DNA from: a plasmid
Reading direction: 5' to 3' (one strand)
DNA length: 64,000 nucleotides
Sequence record: NZ_CP118109.1
Positions 9,805 through 18,767 of this stretch are shown in pieces. Position 1 is the first letter of the stretch. The number at the start of each line of letters is the position of its first letter. A program made the position numbers and the translations under genes. The notes below the pieces were generated by a model, which worked only from the letters and a program-made list of their open reading frames with translations, searched no databases and was not told where the DNA came from.

Positions 9805-10447
9805 AAAGATGCCGCTTTTAATTATTGAAGATAATGGAGTTAAAACGACGAAATATGTTTATGCGGATCAAATTATTGATATGCTTCAATCATCAACAGG
9901 AGGGAAAGAATTTACATCTGATAGAGTGGTTCTTACTTCTCCTGCGCTTCCACAAAACACAGCCAAATATGCTCAATCTGAAAAAGGAACAAACTATTTA
10001 TTTATTACAGTAGAAGAAACTACCCATGATGTTAAATATCATGATTTTAGTTTCGAATCGATACCATATCCAAAAATGGTTTTTGCTTTTGCTGTTGCTG
10101 GTAAAACACTCATATCGGCATATGTTGCAGCTTATAAAGACTTAAGCCTTAGAGACACGTCTGAGCTATACCGATTCCCTTATTCTAATGTTTACGATAG
10201 TGGAAAGCTCTGCTACTGGACTAATGAGTTGGTTCATGATCTTGTGCAGTTGCAGACATTCCCTTATCAATGGCGTGAAGTGCCTAATAATGATCATATT
10301 TATTTTTCCGGAGAAACCAACAAAATTAAAGACACCTTGTATAATGTCTTTGACATGTTTAAAAACAAGCCATTTGATTACGATATCCTAACACCAATGA
10401 ATACGACATTTGGTGATTGGTCTAGATTATTTATTAATAACAACTAG
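9776..10447 (+). CDS. E2-like (UBC-fold) protein, candidate ubiquitin-like conjugating enzyme
   Basis: Motif FPYSNVYDSGKLCYW matches the E2 HPN-x(6-7)-G-x-hydrophobic-C-hydrophobic active-site pattern (His absent, as in many prokaryotic E2s); AGGAGG RBS 8 nt before ATG 9776. Confidence 0.4.
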   Translation: MSVKIELHPEKMPLLIIEDNGVKTTKYVYADQIIDMLQSSTGGKEFTSDRVVLTSPALPQNTAKYAQSEKGTNYLFITVEETTHDVKYHDFSFESIPYPKMVFAFAVAGKTLISAYVAAYKDLSLRDTSELYRFPYSNVYDSGKLCYWTNELVHDLVQLQTFPYQWREVPNNDHIYFSGETNKIKDTLYNVFDMFKNKPFDYDILTPMNTTFGDWSRLFINNN

Positions 10448-10458
10448 GAGGAATTATC

Positions 10459-10884
10459 ATGGATTTTATTCAAGAGCAAGAAAACAATGAGGAATTAGAA
10501 AAACAAAAGCAGCTCGATTATATGATGAAATCAGTGGAGCCAGAAGAACCAGAAGACGAGGCAGAAAGCAAAGACGCTAATGTTGAGTATGATCTCTTTG
10601 GTGAGCCTATTGCTGCAGCAACTCCAAAATCAAAATCTTCAAAGCCTAAAGTCAATGCTACAAAGCCATCACCGACTGATCCTGTCAAATATGATACGAA
10701 TTGGGTATGTCTCGTTTACGATAAGCGCATTCCCGTTCCAGAAGACGGATTAACATTGGAAAAAGTGCGACAGTACTTGGAAATGGAGTATCCTCAATTT
10801 TCTAAAGACCGCACTGAAATGATGATTGATAAGGAGCAGAAATATATCATTCCAAATGTAACCAAAGCACCGAAAAAGGGGTGA
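10459..10884 (+). CDS. candidate ubiquitin-like (beta-grasp) protein with acidic disordered N-terminal half, ending in Gly
   Basis: C-terminal ~60 aa has beta-alpha-beta pattern and terminates ...KAPKKG-stop; sits between E2-like and E1-like genes. Confidence 0.3.
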   Translation: MDFIQEQENNEELEKQKQLDYMMKSVEPEEPEDEAESKDANVEYDLFGEPIAAATPKSKSSKPKVNATKPSPTDPVKYDTNWVCLVYDKRIPVPEDGLTLEKVRQYLEMEYPQFSKDRTEMMIDKEQKYIIPNVTKAPKKG

Positions 10885-10891
10885 TTATATT

Positions 10892-11707
10892 ATGATCAAG
10901 GAAATCAATGTAGCTGATTCTTTATCAGGATTTTCTATTGTTCAGATTGGCGTCGGAGGTAATGGAGGATATTTAACCCAGCGTCTTTCAAAAATGCTTA
11001 AATCTTTCCTGCAGACGAATCCAGTTTTTCGCTTTACTTATACGCTTATTGATGGGGATCGATTTGAAGAGAAGAATCTCCTGCGGCAACCATGCATCGA
11101 AGAAGATATTGGTTTTGTAAAGTCTCAAGTGTTAGCTGATCGTTATGGGAATGTTTATGACTTTCCGATTCATTATAAGGATGAGTACATTGAATCTATT
11201 CAAAGTATTGAAGAAGCATTTAGCATTGGGGGTCATCGGGTAAAGATTCTTATCGGCTGTGTTGATAATCATGCAACACGCAAGATCATGCATGAATACT
11301 TTCATAGCTGCACAGGCGATATTATCTACATTGATAGTGGAATTGATCCTTACGATGAAGATGATCCAGCTTCAGGATATTCTGGACAGATTGTTTGCGG
11401 TCTTAAATTAAGCGGAAAAGTAGTGCTACAGCCGGTTGGAGATCTATATGAAGATATCTTAACAGATACGGAATCAAAGCTCCCTACAGAGTCATGCGGG
11501 GATATTGTGGCTAATCAACCGCAGCGCATGATGACAAATGAAATGGCAGCTCTCGTTATGGCTGGCTATCTAAATAACATATTAGGCTCACGCACTCTTA
11601 TCAGTCATGTAACAAATTTCAACGCAAGACTATTATCAACACGCTCTGAATATATTACTGCAGGACAATTCGCTTTAGCAGAAAATGTCCGTTTAGTTAC
11701 AGCATAA
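10892..11707 (+). CDS. E1-like adenylyltransferase (ThiF/MoeB/UBA family)
   Basis: Rossmann IGVGGNGG; LIDGDRFEEKNLLRQ (DxD...NLxRQ); CVDNHATR; candidate catalytic Cys in PTESCGD. Confidence 0.7.
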   Translation: MIKEINVADSLSGFSIVQIGVGGNGGYLTQRLSKMLKSFLQTNPVFRFTYTLIDGDRFEEKNLLRQPCIEEDIGFVKSQVLADRYGNVYDFPIHYKDEYIESIQSIEEAFSIGGHRVKILIGCVDNHATRKIMHEYFHSCTGDIIYIDSGIDPYDEDDPASGYSGQIVCGLKLSGKVVLQPVGDLYEDILTDTESKLPTESCGDIVANQPQRMMTNEMAALVMAGYLNNILGSRTLISHVTNFNARLLSTRSEYITAGQFALAENVRLVTA

Positions 11708-11716
11708 TACACAATA

Positions 11717-11758
11717 AAAGCCGGTGGCTCTCATTTTGAGGGCTGCCGGCTTTTTTAT
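11717..11758 (+). terminator. intrinsic terminator
   Basis: AAGCCGGTGGC...GCTGCCGGCTT stem followed by TTTTTTATTT. Confidence 0.7.
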
Positions 11759-11791
11759 TTCTCAATTCTTATAACAACGGAGGTTAGTTCA

Positions 11792-13009
11792 TTGAAGACT
11801 TTTTTCGAAGTGATGCAGATTGTCATTTTCCTTTGGTTAAGCTATTGGTTTGTCATTGGTCTATTCGGCTTCGGCAAAGCAAAGAAGTTAGCGAATCATG
11901 CGCCTGAAAACCGATTTTTGCTTCTAATTCCTGCGAATAACGAGGCGGCTGTCATATCTGACATCTTGGAAAATCTTAAGCAAATAGACTATCCTGATCA
12001 TCTATATGATATCTGCTTAATTGCTGACAACTGTCAAGACAACACAGCAGAGATAGGTAGATCCAAGGATGTAATGGTCCTTGAGCATTTTTATCTCCCA
12101 GGGGAGAAAAAAGGAAAGCCCTATGCTATTCGTTATGCGATTGAAACAGTCGATCTGAATCAGTATGATGCAATCTGTGTATTTGATGCAGACAATCTTG
12201 TTTCGAGAAATTATCTTGAACAAATGAACAATCACCTTTGTGCTGGAGAGAAAATCGTTCAATGCTACATAGACACGAAAAATCCTACAGACAACTTTGT
12301 AACGATCGCATTCGATACAAGCTTTCGTGTAATGAACAGATCATGGCAATTGGCCAAATCACGTCTTGGACTCAGTAACGTGATCGGCGGCACTGGATTC
12401 TGTGTAGAGATGAACGTATTTCGTGAAGTAGGCTGGACAGCTAAGAGCTTGACTGAAGACCTAGAATTTACAATGCAGGCTCTCCTTAGAGGCGTGAAAA
12501 CAACGTGGTGCCACCATGCTAAAGTATACGACGAGAAGCCTACTGGCTTTAAAGACAGCTGTATTCAGCGTCTTCGCTGGTCGAGAGGGCATTGGGATGT
12601 ATGCTTTAAATATACTGCCCCCCTGCTTAAAAGAGCATTCATAAAGGGAGACCTATCTGCATTTGACAGCGTTCTTTATCTGCTTAATCCAGGAAGAATT
12701 GCTGCCGCTTTTATCATGTCTTCATTTTTCTATATAGCTTTGGTTTTTGGCCACACTTTATACGATACGATTATTCCTATGTGGGTTTACACATTTATGC
12801 TTCTTTCTAATTTTATGTATATCCATATCTCATTAAAGGATGCAAAACATAAGGTGAATACCTTTAAGGCTTACTTCTATTTAAACCTAATTAGCCTATC
12901 TAATATTCCGCTTTATTTTTGGTCATTCTTGACTTTTTCTAAGAAAGTTTGGGTGACAACAAAACACACAAAGTCCTCAAGCCTTCAGCAAGTGGAGGAT
13001 CTTGTTTAA
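11792..13009 (+). CDS. family-2 processive beta-glycosyltransferase (cellulose/PNAG/hyaluronan-synthase-like), multi-TM
   Basis: DAD (VFDADN), Q-x-x-R-W motif (CIQRLRWSRG), N- and C-terminal TM helices. Confidence 0.7.
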   Translation: MKTFFEVMQIVIFLWLSYWFVIGLFGFGKAKKLANHAPENRFLLLIPANNEAAVISDILENLKQIDYPDHLYDICLIADNCQDNTAEIGRSKDVMVLEHFYLPGEKKGKPYAIRYAIETVDLNQYDAICVFDADNLVSRNYLEQMNNHLCAGEKIVQCYIDTKNPTDNFVTIAFDTSFRVMNRSWQLAKSRLGLSNVIGGTGFCVEMNVFREVGWTAKSLTEDLEFTMQALLRGVKTTWCHHAKVYDEKPTGFKDSCIQRLRWSRGHWDVCFKYTAPLLKRAFIKGDLSAFDSVLYLLNPGRIAAAFIMSSFFYIALVFGHTLYDTIIPMWVYTFMLLSNFMYIHISLKDAKHKVNTFKAYFYLNLISLSNIPLYFWSFLTFSKKVWVTTKHTKSSSLQQVEDLV

Positions 13010-13093
13010 ATCTGTAATATTAATTCGTATAACAGAGCATTTTTGACCTATTCTAATATCACAACCTAATATCTCCAAGATTATCGCCTATAT

Positions 13094-13107
13094 TGTAACG
13101 CATTACA
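13094..13107. promoter_or_regulatory. dyad motif TGTAACGCATTACA (copy 1a)
   Basis: 14-bp near-palindrome recurring 13x in intergenic regions. Confidence 0.6.
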
Positions 13108-13128
13108 TTATATGTAGTACTTTTATTT

Positions 13129-13142
13129 TGTAATGCATTGCA
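13129..13142. promoter_or_regulatory. dyad motif TGTAATGCATTGCA (copy 1b), followed by TATAAT at 13152
   Basis: Second copy 35 bp from 1a; -10-like GGGGTATAAT downstream. Confidence 0.55.
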
Positions 13143-13203
13143 AAACATGGGGTATAATGCTATGATATCTTACGACAACCGAACAAAGCGAGGTGGAAAC
13201 AGA

Positions 13204-13926
13204 ATGAAACATCGTAATTTTTATACGATGGGCGTCATTAATGTCCTACTTGCTGCCGCACTTGTTACTAGCGTTCAAAGAGCGGATAGTAGCTTGCAAG
13301 AAAAGAGAAACACGATACATGACTTAAACCAGACTGTAGCTAACCAGAAGCTTCTGATCGACACTCAGCAGGAGGTGCTGAACGATCAGGAAATTTTGAA
13401 AAAGCAGAACAATGAATTGGCCTATCAGCTCAATACCGTTAAGGAAAAAAGAGCAGAAGAAAATGAGCAGTTCAAGGAGCAGCTGGAAGTGCAAAATCGT
13501 TTGTTCACTCAGAAAATTGAGAAGCTTTCGAGCGAAAAAGAACAAGCAAAGCAAAGTGCTAATTCCCAGACCAGGCAACTGAATTGGGATGAAGGCACCG
13601 GTTCGTCTTACATTGCCACGTACTATGATGCAAACGAGGCATCTACAGGTAAGGGACCCGGCCATCCGGCTTATGGAGTGACATTCTCCGGTCGGAAAGT
13701 AGAGGCTGGTGTTACGATTGCAGTAGACCCGAGATTGATCCCAATTGGATCGTGGGTCGAAGTCATGTATCCAGACGGCAGAGTAGAGAAGCGGCGCGCT
13801 GACGATACTGGTGGGGCTATTAAAGGCCACAAAATTGATATCTATGTGCCCGATGCTTCTGACCGTACTAGATACGGAAAGCACGAAGTCAAGGTGAGGA
13901 TTATCTCTACACCAGAGAAATTATAA
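13204..13926 (+). CDS. 3D-domain protein (MltA/RlpA-like double-psi barrel) with signal-anchor TM and coiled coil; YabE/YocH/YuiC-like cell-wall protein
   Basis: C-terminal block GVTIAVDPRLIPIGSWVEVMYPDGRVEKRRADDTGGAIKGHKIDIYV (three conserved Asp); N-terminal TM after GAGGTGG RBS. Confidence 0.6.
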   Translation: MKHRNFYTMGVINVLLAAALVTSVQRADSSLQEKRNTIHDLNQTVANQKLLIDTQQEVLNDQEILKKQNNELAYQLNTVKEKRAEENEQFKEQLEVQNRLFTQKIEKLSSEKEQAKQSANSQTRQLNWDEGTGSSYIATYYDANEASTGKGPGHPAYGVTFSGRKVEAGVTIAVDPRLIPIGSWVEVMYPDGRVEKRRADDTGGAIKGHKIDIYVPDASDRTRYGKHEVKVRIISTPEKL

Positions 13927-13974
13927 TCACTGCAAATTATGAGGAGAGGGCGATCTGCCCGAGGAGGAACTAAC

Positions 13975-14211
13975 ATGCCTATAGATGGACAGGGTGATTT
14001 GTTTGACAATCTTATACCTGCATCAAGAGAAGAGAAACCTTTCGTATCTCTTAGAAGAGAAGATCTGCTTCAATCTTCTTATGTAATCAGCAATGTATTA
14101 CTCAACGTTCTCATTAAACGAGGAATCATTCGCGAAGATGAATTGAATGATCTGCTTGACGAAGCATGGAAAACATACAACGAGCAGGTGAGATTGCATG
14201 GCAACAATTAA
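13975..14211 (+). CDS. hypothetical protein
   Basis: CGAGGAGGA RBS; ORF track trimmed. Confidence 0.4.
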   Translation: MPIDGQGDLFDNLIPASREEKPFVSLRREDLLQSSYVISNVLLNVLIKRGIIREDELNDLLDEAWKTYNEQVRLHGNN

Positions 14212-14539
14212 TAAGATACAGTCTGTGGTTACGCATTTTTCTGAACAATTAAAAGACGGTGAGTACCTCAGTGAAGTTAAGATTGCTGGCAAAATTACTT
14301 CTGTCAGTTTGACGCCTTTATTACCTATTTTCGATAATGAATCTTCGATTCGATCATTTGTTATTGACGACTACATAGGTGAGATCCGAGTGATTATCGC
14401 TGATGATGTATATCAGAATTTCAAAGATATCATCGAAGTTGGCAGCTACCTGTGTATTGACGGAATTTTAAACGTAATCGATAAGCTGCCTAAAAAAGAG
14501 TTTTCAGTTGTTGCCTATGATATGGAGCTACTGGTATGA
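14198..14539 (+). CDS. hypothetical protein (possible OB-fold)
   Basis: ORF track; beta-rich pattern. Confidence 0.4.
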   Translation: MATINKIQSVVTHFSEQLKDGEYLSEVKIAGKITSVSLTPLLPIFDNESSIRSFVIDDYIGEIRVIIADDVYQNFKDIIEVGSYLCIDGILNVIDKLPKKEFSVVAYDMELLV

Positions 14540-14715
14540 GAAATGTGTTTGTTTTGCCAGACGGCACCGAACAGCACTTCATGTATCCTGTTGAACGAGA
14601 TATAGAAATTGGTGATCGCTTCGCTGCACATTTTAGCGATAATTCAGATCACATACTTACTTTAACTTCTATTGTTCATGAGGAAAAACGTATTCTCTAC
14701 AAGCTTTCGTATTAG
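14536..14715 (+). CDS. small hypothetical protein (59 aa)
   Basis: ATG overlapping upstream TGA; hand translation gives uninterrupted 59 codons. Confidence 0.3.
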   Translation: MRNVFVLPDGTEQHFMYPVERDIEIGDRFAAHFSDNSDHILTLTSIVHEEKRILYKLSY

Positions 14716-14779
14716 GTCGCTAACGCTCCATAGGCTTTTTGAAATTATAAATTAAATTACTCTTGAGGAGGACTTTCAC

Positions 14780-15544
14780 ATGTCTAACTATCAAAATAAT
14801 GGTCAAGGTCAACAAGGAAATAACAATCAGGGGAACAGCATGCCTTCCCACGCAGAAATCGAGCTCATCGTTAATTTGGCTACTGTAAAGGATCCAAACA
14901 ATCAAAACGGCGATCGCGTACATGCTTATGCAAGAGCTGTTGGAGATTCTAAAGTTGCTAATGCAAGTGTAGCTGTTAATCACCAAGGTCAATCTGAACC
15001 GGATTATTGGAATCTTGAAGTTTGGGCGAACGGCGACCGTGACGGTAACTTTAAATTTCTGATGGAACACTGCTATAAGGGTCGCCAACTCTTCATCAAA
15101 GGTATTCCAATGCTGAAGAAAAACACAGATGGCCGTATGTTTCCGACCATCAAAGTTAGCAAAATCCAAGGTCTGGGTTCTAGCAATAACAATCAATCTG
15201 GTAATGGATCTAATCAACAACAAGGCGGCTTTGGTCAACAACAGCAACAAGGCGGAGGATTCCAGCAACAGGGTTATCAGCAACAGCCGCAACAAGGGTT
15301 TGGCCAGCAACAAGCTGGAGGCTTCCAACAGCAACAGCCTCAGCAAGGTGGGTTCCAACAGCAACCGCAACAGCCTCAACAAGGCGCTCCTGCTTGGGGT
15401 AATCAACAAGGATTTAACCAGCAACAAAATGGATTTGGTCAGCAACAACCTGCAGGATTTGGCGCCCCACAACAAGGAGGCATGCCTCAAAACCAGCCGC
15501 CACAAGGTAATTTCCAACCACCATTCGGCGCACCGCAACGCTAA
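14780..15544 (+). CDS. ssb: single-stranded DNA-binding protein with long Gly/Gln-rich linker
   Basis: OB-fold N-terminal domain; Q/G-rich tail ending ...FQPPFGAPQR (SSB C-terminal PF tip); GAGGAGG RBS. Confidence 0.75.
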   Translation: MSNYQNNGQGQQGNNNQGNSMPSHAEIELIVNLATVKDPNNQNGDRVHAYARAVGDSKVANASVAVNHQGQSEPDYWNLEVWANGDRDGNFKFLMEHCYKGRQLFIKGIPMLKKNTDGRMFPTIKVSKIQGLGSSNNNQSGNGSNQQQGGFGQQQQQGGGFQQQGYQQQPQQGFGQQQAGGFQQQQPQQGGFQQQPQQPQQGAPAWGNQQGFNQQQNGFGQQQPAGFGAPQQGGMPQNQPPQGNFQPPFGAPQR

Positions 15545-15567
15545 TCCTTTTAAGCAGGTGATGCATT

Positions 15568-15954
15568 ATGTCTCAGCATAAACCTGCAGAAGCCATTTCA
15601 CGCTTCCTGCACGGCATCTTCTCATTCTATCGGGATAAGGGGATGAACGTGCAGGGAGCGAAAGGGCGCATGTATGAAGAATCTTTAACCAAGATTCACA
15701 ACATGATCAAAGATGATAAGGATATTCCGGATCATGCCCAGGTGATTTCTGCACAGTTCTTTTCCAGAACGCTTCAGGCCCGAGGCCGAGCGTTAACAAC
15801 AGAATTAGAGTCAGCCGTAGCGGCTGGAGACGAACATTTGATTGCAACACTCCGCGCCGCTATTGGCGACCTGCACAAGATAAAAGTAGGGGTTGATGAT
15901 TTTATCGTCAACTATAAAGGAGTGTACAATCATGGCAGCAACAACGAAGGCTAA
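15568..15954 (+). CDS. hypothetical protein (immediately upstream of recA; possible recombination mediator)
   Basis: ORF track; position only. Confidence 0.4.
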   Translation: MSQHKPAEAISRFLHGIFSFYRDKGMNVQGAKGRMYEESLTKIHNMIKDDKDIPDHAQVISAQFFSRTLQARGRALTTELESAVAAGDEHLIATLRAAIGDLHKIKVGVDDFIVNYKGVYNHGSNNEG

Positions 15955-17122
15955 AAAAAACGATGAGAAAGAATCGGCTAAGCCTAAAAATCCGGTTATG
16001 ATGGATAATAAAGCAATCCAAGCCGATTTTAATAAGCGCTTTGGCGAAGGCACTTTCTTTACACTTGAAGGAAATGAGCGCACTCAAGTTACTCCTATTC
16101 CTTCTGGTATACCGGCATTCGATTTTGCAACAGGCATTGGAGGGGTTCCTTCTGGTCGTATAATCGAGATTTACGGTCCAGAGTCATCCGGTAAAACAAG
16201 TTTGTGCTTAATGCTTGCAGGAAAATTTCAGGAGTTAGCAAAGCTTCCAGGACCCTTCTTCGGAAAGAAGGTAGGGTTTATAGATGCTGAACATGCTTTA
16301 GACCCTTATCATGTCTCTAACTTGGGCGTAGACACTTCGGCAAATGGGATGTTGATCAACCAACCAGAGACAGGGGAAGGAGCCTTTGATCTAATGGAGG
16401 CTATGTGCTTATCTGAGCAGTTCGGTCTTGTAATAGTCGATTCAGCAGCAGCGTTGGTGCCTCTTGCAGAAGTTGAAAATGATATGGAGTATAATCCGAT
16501 CGGACTTCAAGCTCGAATGTTAGGAAAAGGGCTGCGTAAATTGAAAGGTCCTGCTCAAAAAACGGGAACTACTTTTATTTTTATTAATCAACTTCGTCAA
16601 AAGCCAGGCTTAAAAGGAGCAGTAGTAAATACAACTCCTGGCGGTCTTGCTCTTAGATTTTATGCATCAATGCGTATCGAAGTAAAAGCTACAAAGATCG
16701 AAAAAGGCGGATCTGAGGTTGGCCTGGCAACTACTCTTCATTTCAAGAAGAATAAGGTCGCCGTTCCGTTTACAACCGCTGAGTATGATTACTATTGGGT
16801 CGGTGGCGTTGATCGTGTGAAGAATATTATGGATGTCGCTTGTGATTTAGATATCATTCATCGTAAAGGAGCTTATTATTTTTATGGTGCCGACCCTGAT
16901 GATTCAAAGAATCCTTTCACAGATGGATCTGGTAATGAACTCAAGTGGCAAGGGAAAGAGCAATTGCTTCAAGCTTTAAGAGTTAGCCCAGCACTGTATG
17001 AATATACAAATAATCTTGTTCTTGGAAATATTCCAAGCGATACTGTTTTTGTAGATGAATCTGATTCAGATGAGGAGCCCGATGATTTGGAAGGCGCAAC
17101 TGAAGAAGAAGTATTACTCTAA
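15932..17122 (+). CDS. recA: RecA-family recombinase
   Basis: Walker A GPESSGKTS, LQARMLGKGLRKL, acidic C-terminal tail; AAAGGAG RBS. Confidence 0.9.
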   Translation: MAATTKAKKNDEKESAKPKNPVMMDNKAIQADFNKRFGEGTFFTLEGNERTQVTPIPSGIPAFDFATGIGGVPSGRIIEIYGPESSGKTSLCLMLAGKFQELAKLPGPFFGKKVGFIDAEHALDPYHVSNLGVDTSANGMLINQPETGEGAFDLMEAMCLSEQFGLVIVDSAAALVPLAEVENDMEYNPIGLQARMLGKGLRKLKGPAQKTGTTFIFINQLRQKPGLKGAVVNTTPGGLALRFYASMRIEVKATKIEKGGSEVGLATTLHFKKNKVAVPFTTAEYDYYWVGGVDRVKNIMDVACDLDIIHRKGAYYFYGADPDDSKNPFTDGSGNELKWQGKEQLLQALRVSPALYEYTNNLVLGNIPSDTVFVDESDSDEEPDDLEGATEEEVLL

Positions 17123-17138
17123 ATAAGGAGTGGTTGAT

Positions 17139-17708
17139 ATGGCAGCGGCCGAAAAACCAGTTTACTATAATGAATTGCTTAATGATATGCCGCAGGAGTG
17201 TATGCTGCAACAATCTCATGACATGTTGCGTCAAGATATACAAAACTGCAGATTATGTCCGTTTGCTAAACTTACCAAGCCGCTGCCTCTCAACAATTTT
17301 GATGCTTCAATTATGATCGTCGGGGAGACTCCCGACGATGTTTTGTATGATGGCAAGCGAGGCGGAAAACTTGGTAAATTATTGGTTGAAATGGGTATTG
17401 ATCTTAAAGACGTCTATTTAACTTCCCTTACAAAATGCTCAGAGTCCCAAGACTCCGCCAAATGTGCCCATCATCTTACCGGTGAGATTTTAACAGTTCG
17501 CCCCTCTATTATAGTTTGTTTAGGATACAAGACTTCTAGTACAATTATGCAACAACCTCAGTTTGGTCAGTATGTTCAGATAGCGCCATATACACATGCA
17601 TTAGCAACATATTCATTTGCTGATGCAGAAGAGGCGATTGTTTTAGACACGCTTCGGGGGCAGTTTAACTATATTTTAAATGTTTTACAGGGGATGAGGA
17701 CAGCATGA
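17139..17708 (+). CDS. uracil-DNA glycosylase superfamily protein (family 4/5-like, divergent motif)
   Basis: C-x2-CPF...IMIVGETPDD resembles family-4 UDG CxxC + GEAPG motif but degenerate. Confidence 0.4.
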   Translation: MAAAEKPVYYNELLNDMPQECMLQQSHDMLRQDIQNCRLCPFAKLTKPLPLNNFDASIMIVGETPDDVLYDGKRGGKLGKLLVEMGIDLKDVYLTSLTKCSESQDSAKCAHHLTGEILTVRPSIIVCLGYKTSSTIMQQPQFGQYVQIAPYTHALATYSFADAEEAIVLDTLRGQFNYILNVLQGMRTA

Positions 17709-17947
17709 GCAAGGACTACACTATCAACGAAGCAGCCAAGATCCTTGGCGTTCATAAGGATACGATCAAGTACTGGGAGGAAAGAAATCTAATTCCCAGA
17801 GCTAGACGTTCTATTAAAAACAGTCCACGCCATAGTTATCGCATCTACAATGTGGATGAGATCAGGGCTATCGCTAAAATACGAGGCATTTACGATGTTG
17901 AATTGGACGCCGCGATACACAACTTTCATATTTGGGAAAGAAAGTAA
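17705..17947 (+). CDS. MerR/excisionase-type HTH DNA-binding protein
   Basis: N-terminal YTINEAAKILGVHKDTIKYWEERNLIP helix-turn-helix. Confidence 0.55.
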   Translation: MSKDYTINEAAKILGVHKDTIKYWEERNLIPRARRSIKNSPRHSYRIYNVDEIRAIAKIRGIYDVELDAAIHNFHIWERK

Positions 17948-17986
17948 GCCTCGTTATAAATTTTTCATGGAATTTCCAATATTTCG

Positions 17987-18015
17987 TTGACACTATACGA
18001 CAAAGTATTTATAAT
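17987..18015 (+). promoter_or_regulatory. sigmaA-type promoter TTGACA-N17-TATAAT
   Basis: Perfect -35 (17987-17992) and -10 (18010-18015) hexamers with 17-nt spacer. Confidence 0.75.
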
Positions 18016-18086
18016 CAAAAAAGTAATCGATAATCGCAGGAAACAAGAGGATTCTTGCGGGATCGAGCAGGAGCGTGGTTTTAGCA

Positions 18087-18500
18087 ATGGAAATAAGACA
18101 GCTAGAGAAGAATCTTGCTATGGAATCCGCCAGAATCGGAAAGAAAGTCATTGGGCGGGGTCCTACAGAATGCAGAGTTCGCATTATAGATTCCATGATT
18201 GTAATTCGTTGCAGGCTAGAAATGACGCAGTTAGAAAAGCTAATGTACAAGCATCTTGAAATATCAAATGTAACGCATGCCATGATTGAAGACTATAAAA
18301 AAATTCTTCTCCCTATGATTAGCGTCACACTTGCTTCGATTCACTCAGATCTTGAAGTTACAGACTCTTATCTGAAACTTAATACAGAAGGCGGATTCTC
18401 TGTTTTTATTTTGAATATGAATATGGACATTGAAAAATTAATAGCACAAGAAAGAGTGACCGGCTCTAAGTCGGTCACTCGAAAGATAGCAATTAACTGA
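18087..18500 (+). CDS. hypothetical protein (possible DUF2294-like GRGP motif)
   Basis: ORF track trimmed to ATG after AGGAG; downstream of consensus promoter. Confidence 0.4.
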   Translation: MEIRQLEKNLAMESARIGKKVIGRGPTECRVRIIDSMIVIRCRLEMTQLEKLMYKHLEISNVTHAMIEDYKKILLPMISVTLASIHSDLEVTDSYLKLNTEGGFSVFILNMNMDIEKLIAQERVTGSKSVTRKIAIN

Positions 18501-18651
18501 AAATAAATGTTCAGTTGAGGCTGGTCAGTTTACTCCTTTCTTTCGGGATACTGTCCAGCCTTTTTTTAACCTTGCTTTTTCCTTTGTATCGCGCAAAATC
18601 CCTAGGTATACAGAGTAAAATGCCTCTTTCGCGAGATAGCCGTTGCAAAAA

Positions 18652-18665
18652 TGTAACGCATTATA
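18652..18665. promoter_or_regulatory. dyad motif TGTAACGCATTATA (copy 2a)
   Basis: Recurring motif family. Confidence 0.55.
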
Positions 18666-18676
18666 TCTTTTCACTT

Positions 18677-18690
18677 TGTAACGTGTTATA
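18677..18690. promoter_or_regulatory. dyad motif TGTAACGTGTTATA (copy 2b)
   Basis: Recurring motif family. Confidence 0.5.
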
Positions 18691-18767
18691 CTTTATCGTA
18701 ACAAGTGAAATTGTATTGCGTTGCTTTGTGCCAAAAGGCGATGCAAAATTGCGAGGAGGATGAAGTC

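Noticed and set aside
14720-15538. 272-aa minus-strand ORF (Leu-rich)
   Set aside because: Lies antisense to the Gln/Gly-rich low-complexity tail of ssb; its composition mirrors the CAA/CAG repeats; no RBS; spurious.
15129-15581. 150-aa + strand ORF overlapping ssb 3' half
   Set aside because: Alternate frame of the ssb low-complexity region; Asn/Ser-rich artefact.
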